A stretch of DNA of 60,918 nucleotides from an uncultured virus (IMG/VR IMGVR_UViG_3300008113_010842) (Duplodnaviria; Heunggongvirae; Uroviricota; Caudoviricetes), in the IMG/VR virus record IMGVR_UViG_3300008113_010842, one strand, 5' to 3'. The stretch's first letter is position 1. Every line of letters begins with the position of its first letter. The position numbers and the translations under genes were made by a program. Positions 9,801 to 19,197 of this stretch are shown piece by piece. The notes beneath the pieces are model-generated. The model was not told where the DNA came from, did not search any database, and saw only the letters and a list, made by a program, of their open reading frames with translations.

Positions 9801-11698
9801 TGTAATGAGTGATGTAGATATGATGAAGTTGAAGAGTTTATAGTATAAAAATAATCTAAATTTCTTTCTATTCTTTTAGGTTCTGGATCGAAAGGATTAG
9901 TTGTTCTATTATAGTCTTCAAAAATCTGAGAATTATTCAAAAGATATGGCCAGTCATTTGCTGATAATGAATTTTGATAAACCCATCTACAATGAACCGG
10001 ATTTTTTCTCCATAGATCGGTAAGTTCACCATCTTCAATTTTAAATGTTTCAAAATTTGCAGTATACTCTGATGACACAGGTATGTTTACAATCTCATTT
10101 TTAAATCTAAAATCATCTAAGTCTTTAGGATCCGAAAGACTATTTATGTTTTGAAAATACATTTTTGTTTCGTCCGTAAGAGTTAAATTATCTCTTTTTT
10201 CATATTCAAATTTTGAAAACTCTGTGTCAACTATTCTATCATCAAAATCTTTTATGTCTGTAAAATTAAGTTTATAAATATTGAATTTTTTTGGTTCATT
10301 ATTAAAGTCAGTAATGAAATCAATTGTTTTTGTAGTTCCACCTACTTTGTACTCATATTTATTTTCAAAAAAATTAAAGGAATAGTCAGTGTTTAATTTA
10401 ATTGAATTACCATCTTGTATCAAGTTGTGAAAATTGCCATTTATTTCAATCAACCACACATCTGCATCTGAGAAGCCATCAATTTGAATAAAACTTCCAT
10501 CCCAGTTTACAAGTTTATTTTCTGAATCTATATAACCAGTGTTTATATTTAATAAAGACTCTTTGCCTATTAAATCAATATCTGAAATAATTTTATATTT
10601 ATTGTAGAAAATTTCTACATACTCTTCAGATGTAAAACCATCATTATTTACTTGTTGAAGTTGCACACCATTACTTTGTTTTACTACCTCTACTTTGTAA
10701 TACTCACCTAAATATTCTACATACATCGGTGTGTTAAATTTATAACCATTTAAGAAAGGATCTTCATTAGTTGCCGACTTTAAAAAGTTTCCTGATATTA
10801 TTTCGACATCACTTCTTAAAACTGGTGGCTCATATGGTGATAATGTTGTAACCAGTTTCATTTCATCTAAATAGAAACCAAAATATCTATTTATAGACCA
10901 TTTTCTATAAACATCTGGATTTGATGGTGTATCATCAAATAGAAATGATAAATTAAGAATGTTAGGAAATACGACTTTATTATTTTTATAACTACTAAAT
11001 ATAAACTTTTCTAGTTCAAATATTTCTTTTTCTTCATCAAGTATGTCATCAATAAAAAATGATTTTGTTGTATATCCACCCGTATCATAGTCTATACCAT
11101 TCCATTTACAGAATTCTAAACTTCTAAAATCAATTTCGAGTGGTGTTTCTGGAAAATTTACATTATTTGTGAAGTTTTTTTCCATCCATTCACCAACATT
11201 AGTAGATTTAGAAAGATCAAAAACCTTTACCGTTTTAAATTTTTTTAGAATGTTTGACCTAAATACATTTTTATCTAATGCTTCTATACCTGGTCCATCA
11301 ACTCTAAATATTATGAATGATTTTGGTAATTTGTTTCTTTTTATGTAAAGAGGTGCAAAATATTCATATTCTTCAATATAATTTTTGTTATTTACTATAT
11401 TTCTTGCACCATATTGATAAAGTTCGTCATACTGATTTTGAAATGTATCGATCATAGTATCAACATCATTATCATATTTTATTTCAAATGCTAACTCTGC
11501 TGGAGTATCTTTAAAAAAATACGGTACCAATTCGTCATAAAAATTTCGATTAGTAAAAATCATTTTTTTGTATCTATCTTGTGATAGACTCTGATTGGAC
11601 TCTATACTTTCTAGACTCATTTTATAATTAGAATCTACCATAATCTTGACATTAGTTGTCAAGCCAACATTTGTTCTCAATATAGCAAAACTTCTCAT
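6884..11698 (-). CDS. Large putative virion structural protein
   Basis: 1604 aa; W..xxxY..G..V repeats resembling carbohydrate-binding modules in the C-terminal half; function not confirmed. Confidence 0.6.
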   Translation of the reverse strand: MRSFAILRTNVGLTTNVKIMVDSNYKMSLESIESNQSLSQDRYKKMIFTNRNFYDELVPYFFKDTPAELAFEIKYDNDVDTMIDTFQNQYDELYQYGARNIVNNKNYIEEYEYFAPLYIKRNKLPKSFIIFRVDGPGIEALDKNVFRSNILKKFKTVKVFDLSKSTNVGEWMEKNFTNNVNFPETPLEIDFRSLEFCKWNGIDYDTGGYTTKSFFIDDILDEEKEIFELEKFIFSSYKNNKVVFPNILNLSFLFDDTPSNPDVYRKWSINRYFGFYLDEMKLVTTLSPYEPPVLRSDVEIISGNFLKSATNEDPFLNGYKFNTPMYVEYLGEYYKVEVVKQSNGVQLQQVNNDGFTSEEYVEIFYNKYKIISDIDLIGKESLLNINTGYIDSENKLVNWDGSFIQIDGFSDADVWLIEINGNFHNLIQDGNSIKLNTDYSFNFFENKYEYKVGGTTKTIDFITDFNNEPKKFNIYKLNFTDIKDFDDRIVDTEFSKFEYEKRDNLTLTDETKMYFQNINSLSDPKDLDDFRFKNEIVNIPVSSEYTANFETFKIEDGELTDLWRKNPVHCRWVYQNSLSANDWPYLLNNSQIFEDYNRTTNPFDPEPKRIERNLDYFYTINSSTSSYLHHSLHVEKVESGVIDTTYRFDIDKYLGTATYSFGTSSKVYDFDYFTSFFETKQHFLKSLIQKNVKKYSEFNIGDSSIPNMTLFRGIEFRMYDVDGISLDDSGSIDTISLKNSNNFEDYKFSILLSDNNKPFSETTCFDLSISSQQVETIDYSTTTLTWNGGLLTHTTTELEIYNYLGWYLKLNGQLTNLYISEVKIIGPTATPTQISVTINGTSSNNITNFSLVKLENRVFVGPGYIDRLKPGSKIKLESSCNTGTFSIYEDNLTDWDLNDTISLIGDESNSPLYFKFQVSVGLFQTLIGIKSTIPFNGKYYYKLTDEDNDIEAYCIWSSALERWEIYESFDGINATLIYAYSNENQDYPIDSDWTRVIQTYWSISSYIDKLVFPTGCSGSWCHYWESYNNEMNWSIVDEWQMDKEYKKDSIVVFEDILYKSNSDIDIENAKKPFQLISLKQVKSAPYNINDWDYFNPDDNTIFWSPMATYNLGDFVYNHGEYYYYATSSGDDFWNPSIASLIVGYDYGDIVLFKGKYYMSLTASNNFSPDYTTPWFEKKPKTSINGTFTGFSFKLRKFWTATQSNNPNWKPIEMWNPSQNYVFTGEKLVVHENTVYASAPTLTSIMAEKEPGISPLWIRKYSFEPDTNFVYNSYANSIIEMNNKYYLINSNTTDSTLENGIVVYVNKKWKNIFVNININDNTLPNINNSDRDTIYTDLYKKLTAYNFIRCVNDISNKYDFTDYIKYVIIEKDGTINNYSFDNNINSLPYLLTAEVPELLEVKIKSLDFVALESPPDLKPFKKLKDGNIKTLLNLNWYNDVPLAYNIIENKFEPKVFENFHGNQNFVKDDLYRFSGYYMPLFYDIQLFEKDFEYKEVGNYKFDTSLTEFGMIKERKFRKVNRKGSLLKLRDKKEFKSIYPMIDEFGYSYEDFFIFRSTWDTQYHNETVVNDIKYFVNVSNALLNIPNEVVSSIGKPISSQDQNLNL

Positions 11699-14600
11699 TA
11701 TTTAATTGATGTATTTATTGCTTGTGCAGTTTTCTTAACGATAACCTTGCTTCTATTAATGTTGAACTTTATAGAAAAAGTAAATGGTCTATTATCAGCT
11801 TCATTTTCTAAGAAAAATTTGACTTTTTTAATATGTTTTACTGTTTTCAAAGCATTGTTAAAATTTATATAATTGTAATTATTACCAGTTTGGCTACCAT
11901 CTAAAGCATTTAATTTAAAATAAATATTTAAAGGTATAATTATAGAATTATCTTCACCAGAATTGATAGTCTTAACTTTTTCAGAATTAGATTCTACTAA
12001 ATTTTCTAAATCTTTTACAACTGGATGAATTGTAGTCAGTAATTTAGTAGTTGATGCAACACTCACCGTAGAATCTATCCATTTTGCTGGATCTAATAAA
12101 GATTTATTATTACCTACAAATGAAAGTATAGAAGTCTCGTTATATCCCAAGTTGTATTCAGTTGAAGATAAAACATTGGTCAAACAATTAGATATCAATG
12201 AAGTCGATATAAATGAATTGCCTATATTTTCCGAAAGTTTTGAAACTGTTTCTTGTGTTACAGAATCATAATTTACCATCCATATAAACTGATTATTTAA
12301 TTGAGTTCTTGATTGTCCAGAAACATCAGATGTTATCAATTCATCTTGGTCATTTACCCAAAAAGTTTGAGGAACACTTGTATTGTAAACAGCTGAATTT
12401 TGCAAGTATGTTCTATTTGACAAAATTCCAAGTGGTGATTCTTGTGATTTATTTCTAAGTTTGATAACAAAATCTTTTATCACATAAACATTGTTTTCAT
12501 AAACTCTACCTGTAGGTATTTTTGGACCAGAGGTTCTATCACAATAATCCTCACATTCTATATTGAATATTGTTTCTGAGCCATTTGCAACTTTAAATTC
12601 CTGATTATTTCTGAGGATAATAACTTCCAATTCACCTTTAGCTCTTCTAATTTTCTCTTCAAGTCCTCTTACTCTATCTTCCAACTTTTTCATATATTCA
12701 AACAAGTCAAGTGCTACACCATTTTCATCTTTAAAACCTGATAAAATTTTATTAGAATCATGATGATAAACTTTATTATTTACAACTATAGAGTCTGATA
12801 AATGTTCGTCAAGTCCTTTAGCCGATAATTCGTTGGCCATACTGACTTTTAAATCCTCTTTACTTGCTTCTTGAAGAATAAAATCATTTTCATTAAGTAC
12901 ATTATTCAAATCATCTGGGAAATCGACAGTCAATATTTCCGACCAATCAGATTCTACTGGTGATTCTGGCCAACCAACTTCAGAAATTGATTTAACTCTA
13001 AATTCTACTTTTTCATTTGATTGAATAGAAATATCCATTTGATTTATGTTTGGTGTATCTGCGCTTTCTAAATCTTCAATCTGCCAAAAATATTCACCGG
13101 TTGATGGGTCATAGCTTCTTTTTCTTGCGTCTGTTTTGAACTCTGTCCAGTTTGAAAAAGATGCTTTACTCTGTGGATTATCTACTTGAAATTGTTCTAC
13201 AGGTGTTTCTTTTCCATCTTTACTCACATATCTATATTGAACTCTAAATTGAACAATTTCTTGTGGTTTAGTTCCCCTAGTCACAACAGCCTCAGGCATA
13301 GCCCAGAAACCTCTTAGTCTATATTTAGGCTCAATTTTAGTTTTTGGGTCTTTTGCTAATGATATTATCTCTTGTGTTACAGAAGATAATAGTTTACTTC
13401 TACTTTCTTTCTTTTTAGTTAATTCATCTACTTCTAAAAGTGCTTGTTTTTTAGATGAGTCATTTTTAAATTTAGCTACTTTTATTTTCTTATTTCTATC
13501 TATAAGAGCTTGATCAATTTGTTGAATTTCTGATTTAAGAGTTTGTTGGTAGTTATGTTTTACTTTGATTAAATTAGCGTCTGGGGTATCAGTTAAATGT
13601 TTGTTAATTTGAACTACTTTAAAATTATCAATATTTAAAGTTGGGGAAACTGGTGTGCCAGCTAACGCATTAGGTGTTTTCTTTGCAACTAAATCTTGTA
13701 GAGCTATCCCATAATCATAAACATAGTCAATATAAAATTGTTCCATTGTAAGACCATTTGCATTTCCAGTAGAATCTAATCTTAAGTCATTAGTATAGAA
13801 ACCAGAGCCAGATGACCATTTTTTTGAAACTAAATTATTATCAGCATTAATCGCTTTTATGAAAACTACGTTTCTTTCATTATAACCAACACTCACTCTT
13901 ACTTTTTTTGTATATACTACTGGTGAGTAAATTTTCAAAGTTCCTATTCCTACCGGAATTGGTTCAATTCCCTCAACCCTTTCAAATCTTACTCTTGGAT
14001 TAGACTCTGCTAAAGAAATTTCTACAACTCTATATCTCGTTGATGTTTTTGTAGAGTTAATTATTACCTCATCAGCTACTGCTAATTGTCTAGCATCGCC
14101 TGTGTCTATTTTAACATAATCTAATGTGTTTAATACATACCACAATTTTCTATTTAATCTGTCTTCTTGAATTCTTAAAACAGTAAATTCACCATCAAAT
14201 GCTAATTCGTTAGGTTCTAAGTCAAAAACTTGTTCATCGAATTTAGGATTTAATGGTTCTATTAAACCAGGAGTAGTAGCATGCCAGTTTTCAAATTCTG
14301 AAAGTACAATATTAGAATTTCCTCTAAATTGGTCATTAAAACTATTTAATGCTGATTGTCCAAGTGGTGTTAAATTACCATCAGTATCCTTTGCAAATTC
14401 AACTATGTATCTTCTTGCTTGACACTTTCTAACATTGTCTTCTACCTTACCGGCTAAGTCTATTTCAATAGATAAAAGTGGATCTAATAACGAATCAAAA
14501 AACCAATTTGGACTAGATTTAAAACTTGTAACTGGTCCTATATTGTTAACAGGTAAAGGTTCTCGATTTAAATCAACTGTAATAATTTTTTTAAACTTAT

Positions 14601-14871
14601 TTTGATTACTTTGAGCTATCATAGCACCTGCGGCATCAATACTATAAAGTGAATTTATATTATTATTCAATCTATCTATTTCAGCTTTAAGTGAAGTAAA
14701 AGAAGGAACCGTGAATGTTCTAAGTACACCACGTTCATCCACTAATTCTATATTTACAGAAGACTCTGGTGTCGTAGTTAGAGTATTTATTTTTGCTAAA
14801 ATATCTATGATATTTTTATTGAATGTAATTACTTGATCAGCTACTTTAGGAAATGAACTTTGTATTGCCAT
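11698..14871 (-). CDS. Large putative virion structural protein
   Basis: 1057 aa; coiled-coil and FN3-like segment (FRVKSISEVGWP..SDWS). Confidence 0.6.
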   Translation of the reverse strand: MAIQSSFPKVADQVITFNKNIIDILAKINTLTTTPESSVNIELVDERGVLRTFTVPSFTSLKAEIDRLNNNINSLYSIDAAGAMIAQSNQNKFKKIITVDLNREPLPVNNIGPVTSFKSSPNWFFDSLLDPLLSIEIDLAGKVEDNVRKCQARRYIVEFAKDTDGNLTPLGQSALNSFNDQFRGNSNIVLSEFENWHATTPGLIEPLNPKFDEQVFDLEPNELAFDGEFTVLRIQEDRLNRKLWYVLNTLDYVKIDTGDARQLAVADEVIINSTKTSTRYRVVEISLAESNPRVRFERVEGIEPIPVGIGTLKIYSPVVYTKKVRVSVGYNERNVVFIKAINADNNLVSKKWSSGSGFYTNDLRLDSTGNANGLTMEQFYIDYVYDYGIALQDLVAKKTPNALAGTPVSPTLNIDNFKVVQINKHLTDTPDANLIKVKHNYQQTLKSEIQQIDQALIDRNKKIKVAKFKNDSSKKQALLEVDELTKKKESRSKLLSSVTQEIISLAKDPKTKIEPKYRLRGFWAMPEAVVTRGTKPQEIVQFRVQYRYVSKDGKETPVEQFQVDNPQSKASFSNWTEFKTDARKRSYDPSTGEYFWQIEDLESADTPNINQMDISIQSNEKVEFRVKSISEVGWPESPVESDWSEILTVDFPDDLNNVLNENDFILQEASKEDLKVSMANELSAKGLDEHLSDSIVVNNKVYHHDSNKILSGFKDENGVALDLFEYMKKLEDRVRGLEEKIRRAKGELEVIILRNNQEFKVANGSETIFNIECEDYCDRTSGPKIPTGRVYENNVYVIKDFVIKLRNKSQESPLGILSNRTYLQNSAVYNTSVPQTFWVNDQDELITSDVSGQSRTQLNNQFIWMVNYDSVTQETVSKLSENIGNSFISTSLISNCLTNVLSSTEYNLGYNETSILSFVGNNKSLLDPAKWIDSTVSVASTTKLLTTIHPVVKDLENLVESNSEKVKTINSGEDNSIIIPLNIYFKLNALDGSQTGNNYNYINFNNALKTVKHIKKVKFFLENEADNRPFTFSIKFNINRSKVIVKKTAQAINTSIK

Positions 14872-14950
14872 TTTATTAATGATTTTTTTGTATATATTAT
14901 TTTTTAGTTATTTCTTTGATGTTTGTTTTCTATTTTTTATATTTGTGATT

Positions 14951-15187
14951 ATGAAGATATTTACAGTCACATTTAATGACGGTGGTTGGCACACATCAAG
15001 ACCTGACTACCAAGTAGTCGCTGAGGATCCAAAATCAGCAATTAAAAAAGTTATAGATAAAAATCCTCAGTACAAAACAGGACACGATGCATGGGCTGTT
15101 GAGTTTAAAATTGAAGGTTATGTCATTGAGGTCTATGATGAAAAGACATATAATCGTGAAAAGAATTTAGAAAATCTTGATATTTAA
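14951..15187 (+). CDS. Hypothetical protein (start re-assigned to MKIFTV)
   Basis: ATG at 14951 follows a TATATTTG promoter element; the upstream extension is low-complexity. Confidence 0.7.
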   Translation: MKIFTVTFNDGGWHTSRPDYQVVAEDPKSAIKKVIDKNPQYKTGHDAWAVEFKIEGYVIEVYDEKTYNREKNLENLDI

Positions 15188-15211
15188 TAATAAATTGACT
15201 ATATTTGTATT

Positions 15212-17053
15212 ATGATTAATGAGTTAAAAGAAAAGATTGTAAAAGCTAACGAGGCTTATAGAATTGGTCAACCAATTATGTCTGATAAAGAATATGACCA
15301 ATTGGTTGAAGAATTAGAATTACTTTCTCCTAACGATGATTTACTTACTAAAGTGGGTCATCAAATCTCTGACGAATCTCGTAAAAGTCTTTTACCTATT
15401 GAAATGGCTAGTATGAACAAAATTAAATCTGTTGAAGATATTGATGACTGGTCAAGACTTAAAGAAATTCCTAAATCTACTGAGGTTGTTATCACTCCTA
15501 AATATGACGGTCTTTCTCTTTGTGTGAGTGAAATGACGGGTGAGGCATGGACTCGCGGAGATGGTACTTATGGTCAAAAATCAAATCAACATTATAAATT
15601 GATTGGAAATCATTTGTATTCTAATCTAAAATCTGGATCTCATCTACATAAATTTGATTTTACTTGGGGTGAGGTTATGATGTCTAAAAAAACCTTTTTA
15701 GAAAAATATTCCTCCGAATTTGCTAATCCAAGAAACTTAGTCGCCGGTCTTCTTAACTCAAAAGAACCTTCTGATTTTCTTAAAGATACCTCGTATATTA
15801 AATACGGTGCCAATTCTGTTTATTCTTTTTCAACAAAAGTTGAAATATTAAATGAATTAAATAATAATCAAATTATAAAAGTTCCATTTCACGTTTGTAA
15901 AATTTCAGACCTGTCTGAGCAATTACTAATTTCTTTATTCAAAGAGTATTCGGTTGATTACGAAATTGATGGTCTTATTATCGAAGTTAATGACCTAAAA
16001 CTTCAAAATCAATTAGGACGTGAGACTTCTTCTAATAATCCTTGTTACGCAAGAGCATTCAAACATCCTTCTTTTGAGCAATCCGCTGAAACTGAAATTA
16101 TCGGTATTTCTTGGAATATTTCAAAACAAGGTTATCTTAAACCTACACTTCATATCAATCCTGTTAAATTGGATGGAGTCACTGTATCCAATGTTACTGG
16201 TAACAATGCTCGTTTTGTAAAAGATATGGGTATCGGTGTTGGTGCAAAAGTTGTGGTAAAACGAAGTGGAATGGTCATTCCTATTATCGCTGATGTTATC
16301 GAGATGGTTGAATTCCAAATGCCTGATGTCCAAAACATTGATTGGAATGAAAATGGGGTCGAGTTAATGACCTTAACCGAAACTGATGAACAAAAATTAA
16401 AAAAGAACATTTCTTTCTTTGAAATCTTAGAATCTGATAATGTTTCTGAAGGTGTTATTACTCAATTGTGGGATGCTGGATATAAAACCATTAAAGATAT
16501 TCTTTCACTTACAACTTCTGACTTAGAGAAAATTGACCGATTTGGTAAAAGAAAAGCAAAAATTGTCTATGACTCTATTCAAAAGTCGGTTACTAATGTA
16601 AGTTTGTCTAAACTACAACATGCTACCGGTATCTTTAAAGGTTTAGGTAGTAAGAAATTATTGTTGTTAGAAGATTTTGTCACTAAACCAAGTGTTGAAC
16701 AGGTTATGGCAATCGAAGGATTTGCTGAGATTTCTGCTAAGTCTTATGTTGATAGTTACTATGAATTCTTTAACTTTGTAAAAGACTTACCAATTACAAT
16801 TGCTGAAAAAGTAGAAGTTGTTAAAACTGGAAATGACTTAGATGGAAAACAATTTGTTTTCACGGGTGTAAGACGAAAAGATTTAGAAGATGTAATTGAA
16901 TCTCGTGGTGGTAAAATTGGAGGATCTGTTTCTAAAAACACAACTCACCTTATTATGAAAGTTACCGGTTCTGGTTCTTCTAAAGAGAAGAAGGCTTTAG
17001 AGTTAGGTGTTGAAATTATGACGGTTGAACAATTAGAAGATTTACTTAAATGA
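15212..17053 (+). CDS. ligA: NAD-dependent DNA ligase
   Basis: KYDG adenylation motif, TRGDG, NPRN, EIDG, OB fold, HhH repeats, C-terminal BRCT (VFTG...GG...SVSKNT). Confidence 0.95.
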   Translation: MINELKEKIVKANEAYRIGQPIMSDKEYDQLVEELELLSPNDDLLTKVGHQISDESRKSLLPIEMASMNKIKSVEDIDDWSRLKEIPKSTEVVITPKYDGLSLCVSEMTGEAWTRGDGTYGQKSNQHYKLIGNHLYSNLKSGSHLHKFDFTWGEVMMSKKTFLEKYSSEFANPRNLVAGLLNSKEPSDFLKDTSYIKYGANSVYSFSTKVEILNELNNNQIIKVPFHVCKISDLSEQLLISLFKEYSVDYEIDGLIIEVNDLKLQNQLGRETSSNNPCYARAFKHPSFEQSAETEIIGISWNISKQGYLKPTLHINPVKLDGVTVSNVTGNNARFVKDMGIGVGAKVVVKRSGMVIPIIADVIEMVEFQMPDVQNIDWNENGVELMTLTETDEQKLKKNISFFEILESDNVSEGVITQLWDAGYKTIKDILSLTTSDLEKIDRFGKRKAKIVYDSIQKSVTNVSLSKLQHATGIFKGLGSKKLLLLEDFVTKPSVEQVMAIEGFAEISAKSYVDSYYEFFNFVKDLPITIAEKVEVVKTGNDLDGKQFVFTGVRRKDLEDVIESRGGKIGGSVSKNTTHLIMKVTGSGSSKEKKALELGVEIMTVEQLEDLLK

Positions 17054-17385
17054 AAACTCTCGCTGAAATAGAATTGGATTATGTCAGAAATATTATTGAA
17101 TTTTTCTGTAGAGAGTATCAGATTCAAACTAAATTTGATAAGTATTCTGGATATAAAAAGACTGAACTACAAGATATGATTTCTAGACAAATCAAAAATA
17201 GATTAGTCAATTCTAATTTATTAAAAGATTATAAAGTCCAGATAAATGTTCATCCAAAAGATGAAAAGAGGAATTGTCAAATTGACAATGTTTTGGAAAA
17301 TAAAAATATAGTTTTAGAAGATAATATAACCGTCTTTTATGAATATAGACGAGGTGAATTTTATGAATATAAATATAAATTATAA
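17050..17385 (+). CDS. Hypothetical protein
   Basis: 111-aa ORF overlapping the ligA stop. Confidence 0.75.
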   Translation: MKTLAEIELDYVRNIIEFFCREYQIQTKFDKYSGYKKTELQDMISRQIKNRLVNSNLLKDYKVQINVHPKDEKRNCQIDNVLENKNIVLEDNITVFYEYRRGEFYEYKYKL

Positions 17386-17387
17386 AT

Positions 17388-17891
17388 ATGGGATGTGATA
17401 TACATTTTTATGTAGAAAGATGGACTTCATCAAATAACTATGATGGACCAAGAGACCTATCTGAAGATAGAGAACAAAAATTAAGTGAGGTATTAGAAGA
17501 TGTTCCAACTAAATTTAGATGGGTATCTGCTGATAAATGGGTATGTGATGATGGAAGTTGGGAAGTATCTTATAACTCTTTGTATTATAATGATAGAAAT
17601 TACTATCTTTTTAGTATCTTAGCTGATGTGAGAAATGGTGGAAGTGTTGAACCAATAGATTATGATAGAGGTATTCCTGATGATGCTTCAGCTGGATATC
17701 TTTATATATGTAACTTATGGGATAGTGATGCTCACTCACATTCTTACTTTACGCTAGAAGAGTTATTAAATGTGGATTGGTCTCAATATGATTCAGAATA
17801 TATTGATGATTTTATGGATACTTTAGAAAAAATGAAGGAGATTGATGAAAATCCTTCAAATGTAAGATGTTGCTTCTTTTTTGATAATTAA
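17388..17891 (+). CDS. Conserved phage protein (MGCDIH family)
   Basis: MGCDIH...RNYYLFSILADVRN...RGIPDD...HSHSY..L.EL...FFDN. Confidence 0.75.
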   Translation: MGCDIHFYVERWTSSNNYDGPRDLSEDREQKLSEVLEDVPTKFRWVSADKWVCDDGSWEVSYNSLYYNDRNYYLFSILADVRNGGSVEPIDYDRGIPDDASAGYLYICNLWDSDAHSHSYFTLEELLNVDWSQYDSEYIDDFMDTLEKMKEIDENPSNVRCCFFFDN

Positions 17892-17994
17892 TTTAAAAAG
17901 AAACTAAACTTTTAGGATATATACAATATAATTATAATATTAACGGCAATTAAAAGGCGATGACGGTCAATGGTCAAAAAAAATAACGGCAATT

Positions 17995-18597
17995 ATGGAA
18001 TCAAAAGCAATTTTGTTCTCTGAAAAAGAGAAATTATTTAAAGAAAGAACTGGTAAAGACTTCACAACACTTTATCAAAAGTATTACCCAAAATTAATCT
18101 ATTTTACTTCAAGAATTTGTAATGATGCTCAAAAAGCAGAAGACTTATCTACAGACTCATTTATGATAGCATTAGATAAGATTGAAAAGTATGATAGAGA
18201 AAAGTCACAATTTTCAACATGGTTATTCACTATAGCCAAAAACCTCACACTTCAAGATATCAAATTAGATAAAAAGAAAATATCATTGGATATTGAGTTT
18301 GATGAAGAAGGTACAACAATGAAAGATTTCATAACAATTGAAGATGAAACAGACAATCATATTCATGATGTAGTTTCTAAAAAATCTGAGATTATGAAAA
18401 AGTACATGCATACATTAAAAGAGCCATACAAAACGGTCATTCAGATGAGAGAAGTAGATGGTATGGCATACAAAGACATTGCCGATAAGCTTGGTAAAAA
18501 TCTCTCTACAATTAAATCACAAATCAGAAATGGAAGACATATCTTAATTTCACAAACTAAGAAGGAGTTTGATGATATTGATGAAATGTATATGTAA
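17995..18597 (+). CDS. ECF-type sigma-70 factor
   Basis: Region 2 (AEDL..DSF.....I..YD...SQFSTWLFTIAKN) and region 4 HTH (YKDIADKLG..LSTIKSQIRNGR). Confidence 0.9.
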   Translation: MESKAILFSEKEKLFKERTGKDFTTLYQKYYPKLIYFTSRICNDAQKAEDLSTDSFMIALDKIEKYDREKSQFSTWLFTIAKNLTLQDIKLDKKKISLDIEFDEEGTTMKDFITIEDETDNHIHDVVSKKSEIMKKYMHTLKEPYKTVIQMREVDGMAYKDIADKLGKNLSTIKSQIRNGRHILISQTKKEFDDIDEMYM

Positions 18598-18624
18598 TAT
18601 TTATAAACTAAAATTAAAAATAAA

Positions 18625-19191
18625 ATGGCAGAAAATTTACCGTTACCAAAAAAACGAGACTTATTTTTTAATAAACAAGTCGACCAAACATCTATTGGTG
18701 AATTGACACAAAAAATTATCGAAATCAATGGAGATGATGAACATTTGAGAAAAGTTTACTCTATATATGATATAGAATATAAACCAGAGCCTATAAAAAT
18801 TTATATAGATTCTTATGGTGGTGCTGTTTATCAATGTTTTGGATTACTTTCAGTTATAGAAAGAAGTAATACCCCAGTGCACACTATAGTTACAGGATGT
18901 GCTATGAGTTGTGGATTTTTACTTCTTATTTCTGGACATAAACGATTTGCTCATAAAATGTCTACTCCGCTTTATCACCAAGTTTCAACTGGATTTTATG
19001 GTAAAGTACAGGATATGGAAGAAAAGTTAGAAGAAACAAAAAGACTTCAAAAACAAATTGAAGACTATACTACCGATAAAACAAAAATCGGAAAAAAGAA
19101 ACTAAAAGAGATTTTAGAGAATAAAAAAGACTGGTACATGACTTCTAATGAAGCTTTAGAACTTGGAGTTGTAGATGAAATTTTAAAATAA
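18625..19191 (+). CDS. clpP: ClpP-like serine protease
   Basis: IYIDSYGGAVY, GCAMSCG (catalytic Ser), LYHQ, DWYMTSNEALELGVVDEI. Confidence 0.9.
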   Translation: MAENLPLPKKRDLFFNKQVDQTSIGELTQKIIEINGDDEHLRKVYSIYDIEYKPEPIKIYIDSYGGAVYQCFGLLSVIERSNTPVHTIVTGCAMSCGFLLLISGHKRFAHKMSTPLYHQVSTGFYGKVQDMEEKLEETKRLQKQIEDYTTDKTKIGKKKLKEILENKKDWYMTSNEALELGVVDEILK

Positions 19192-19197
19192 GATAAT

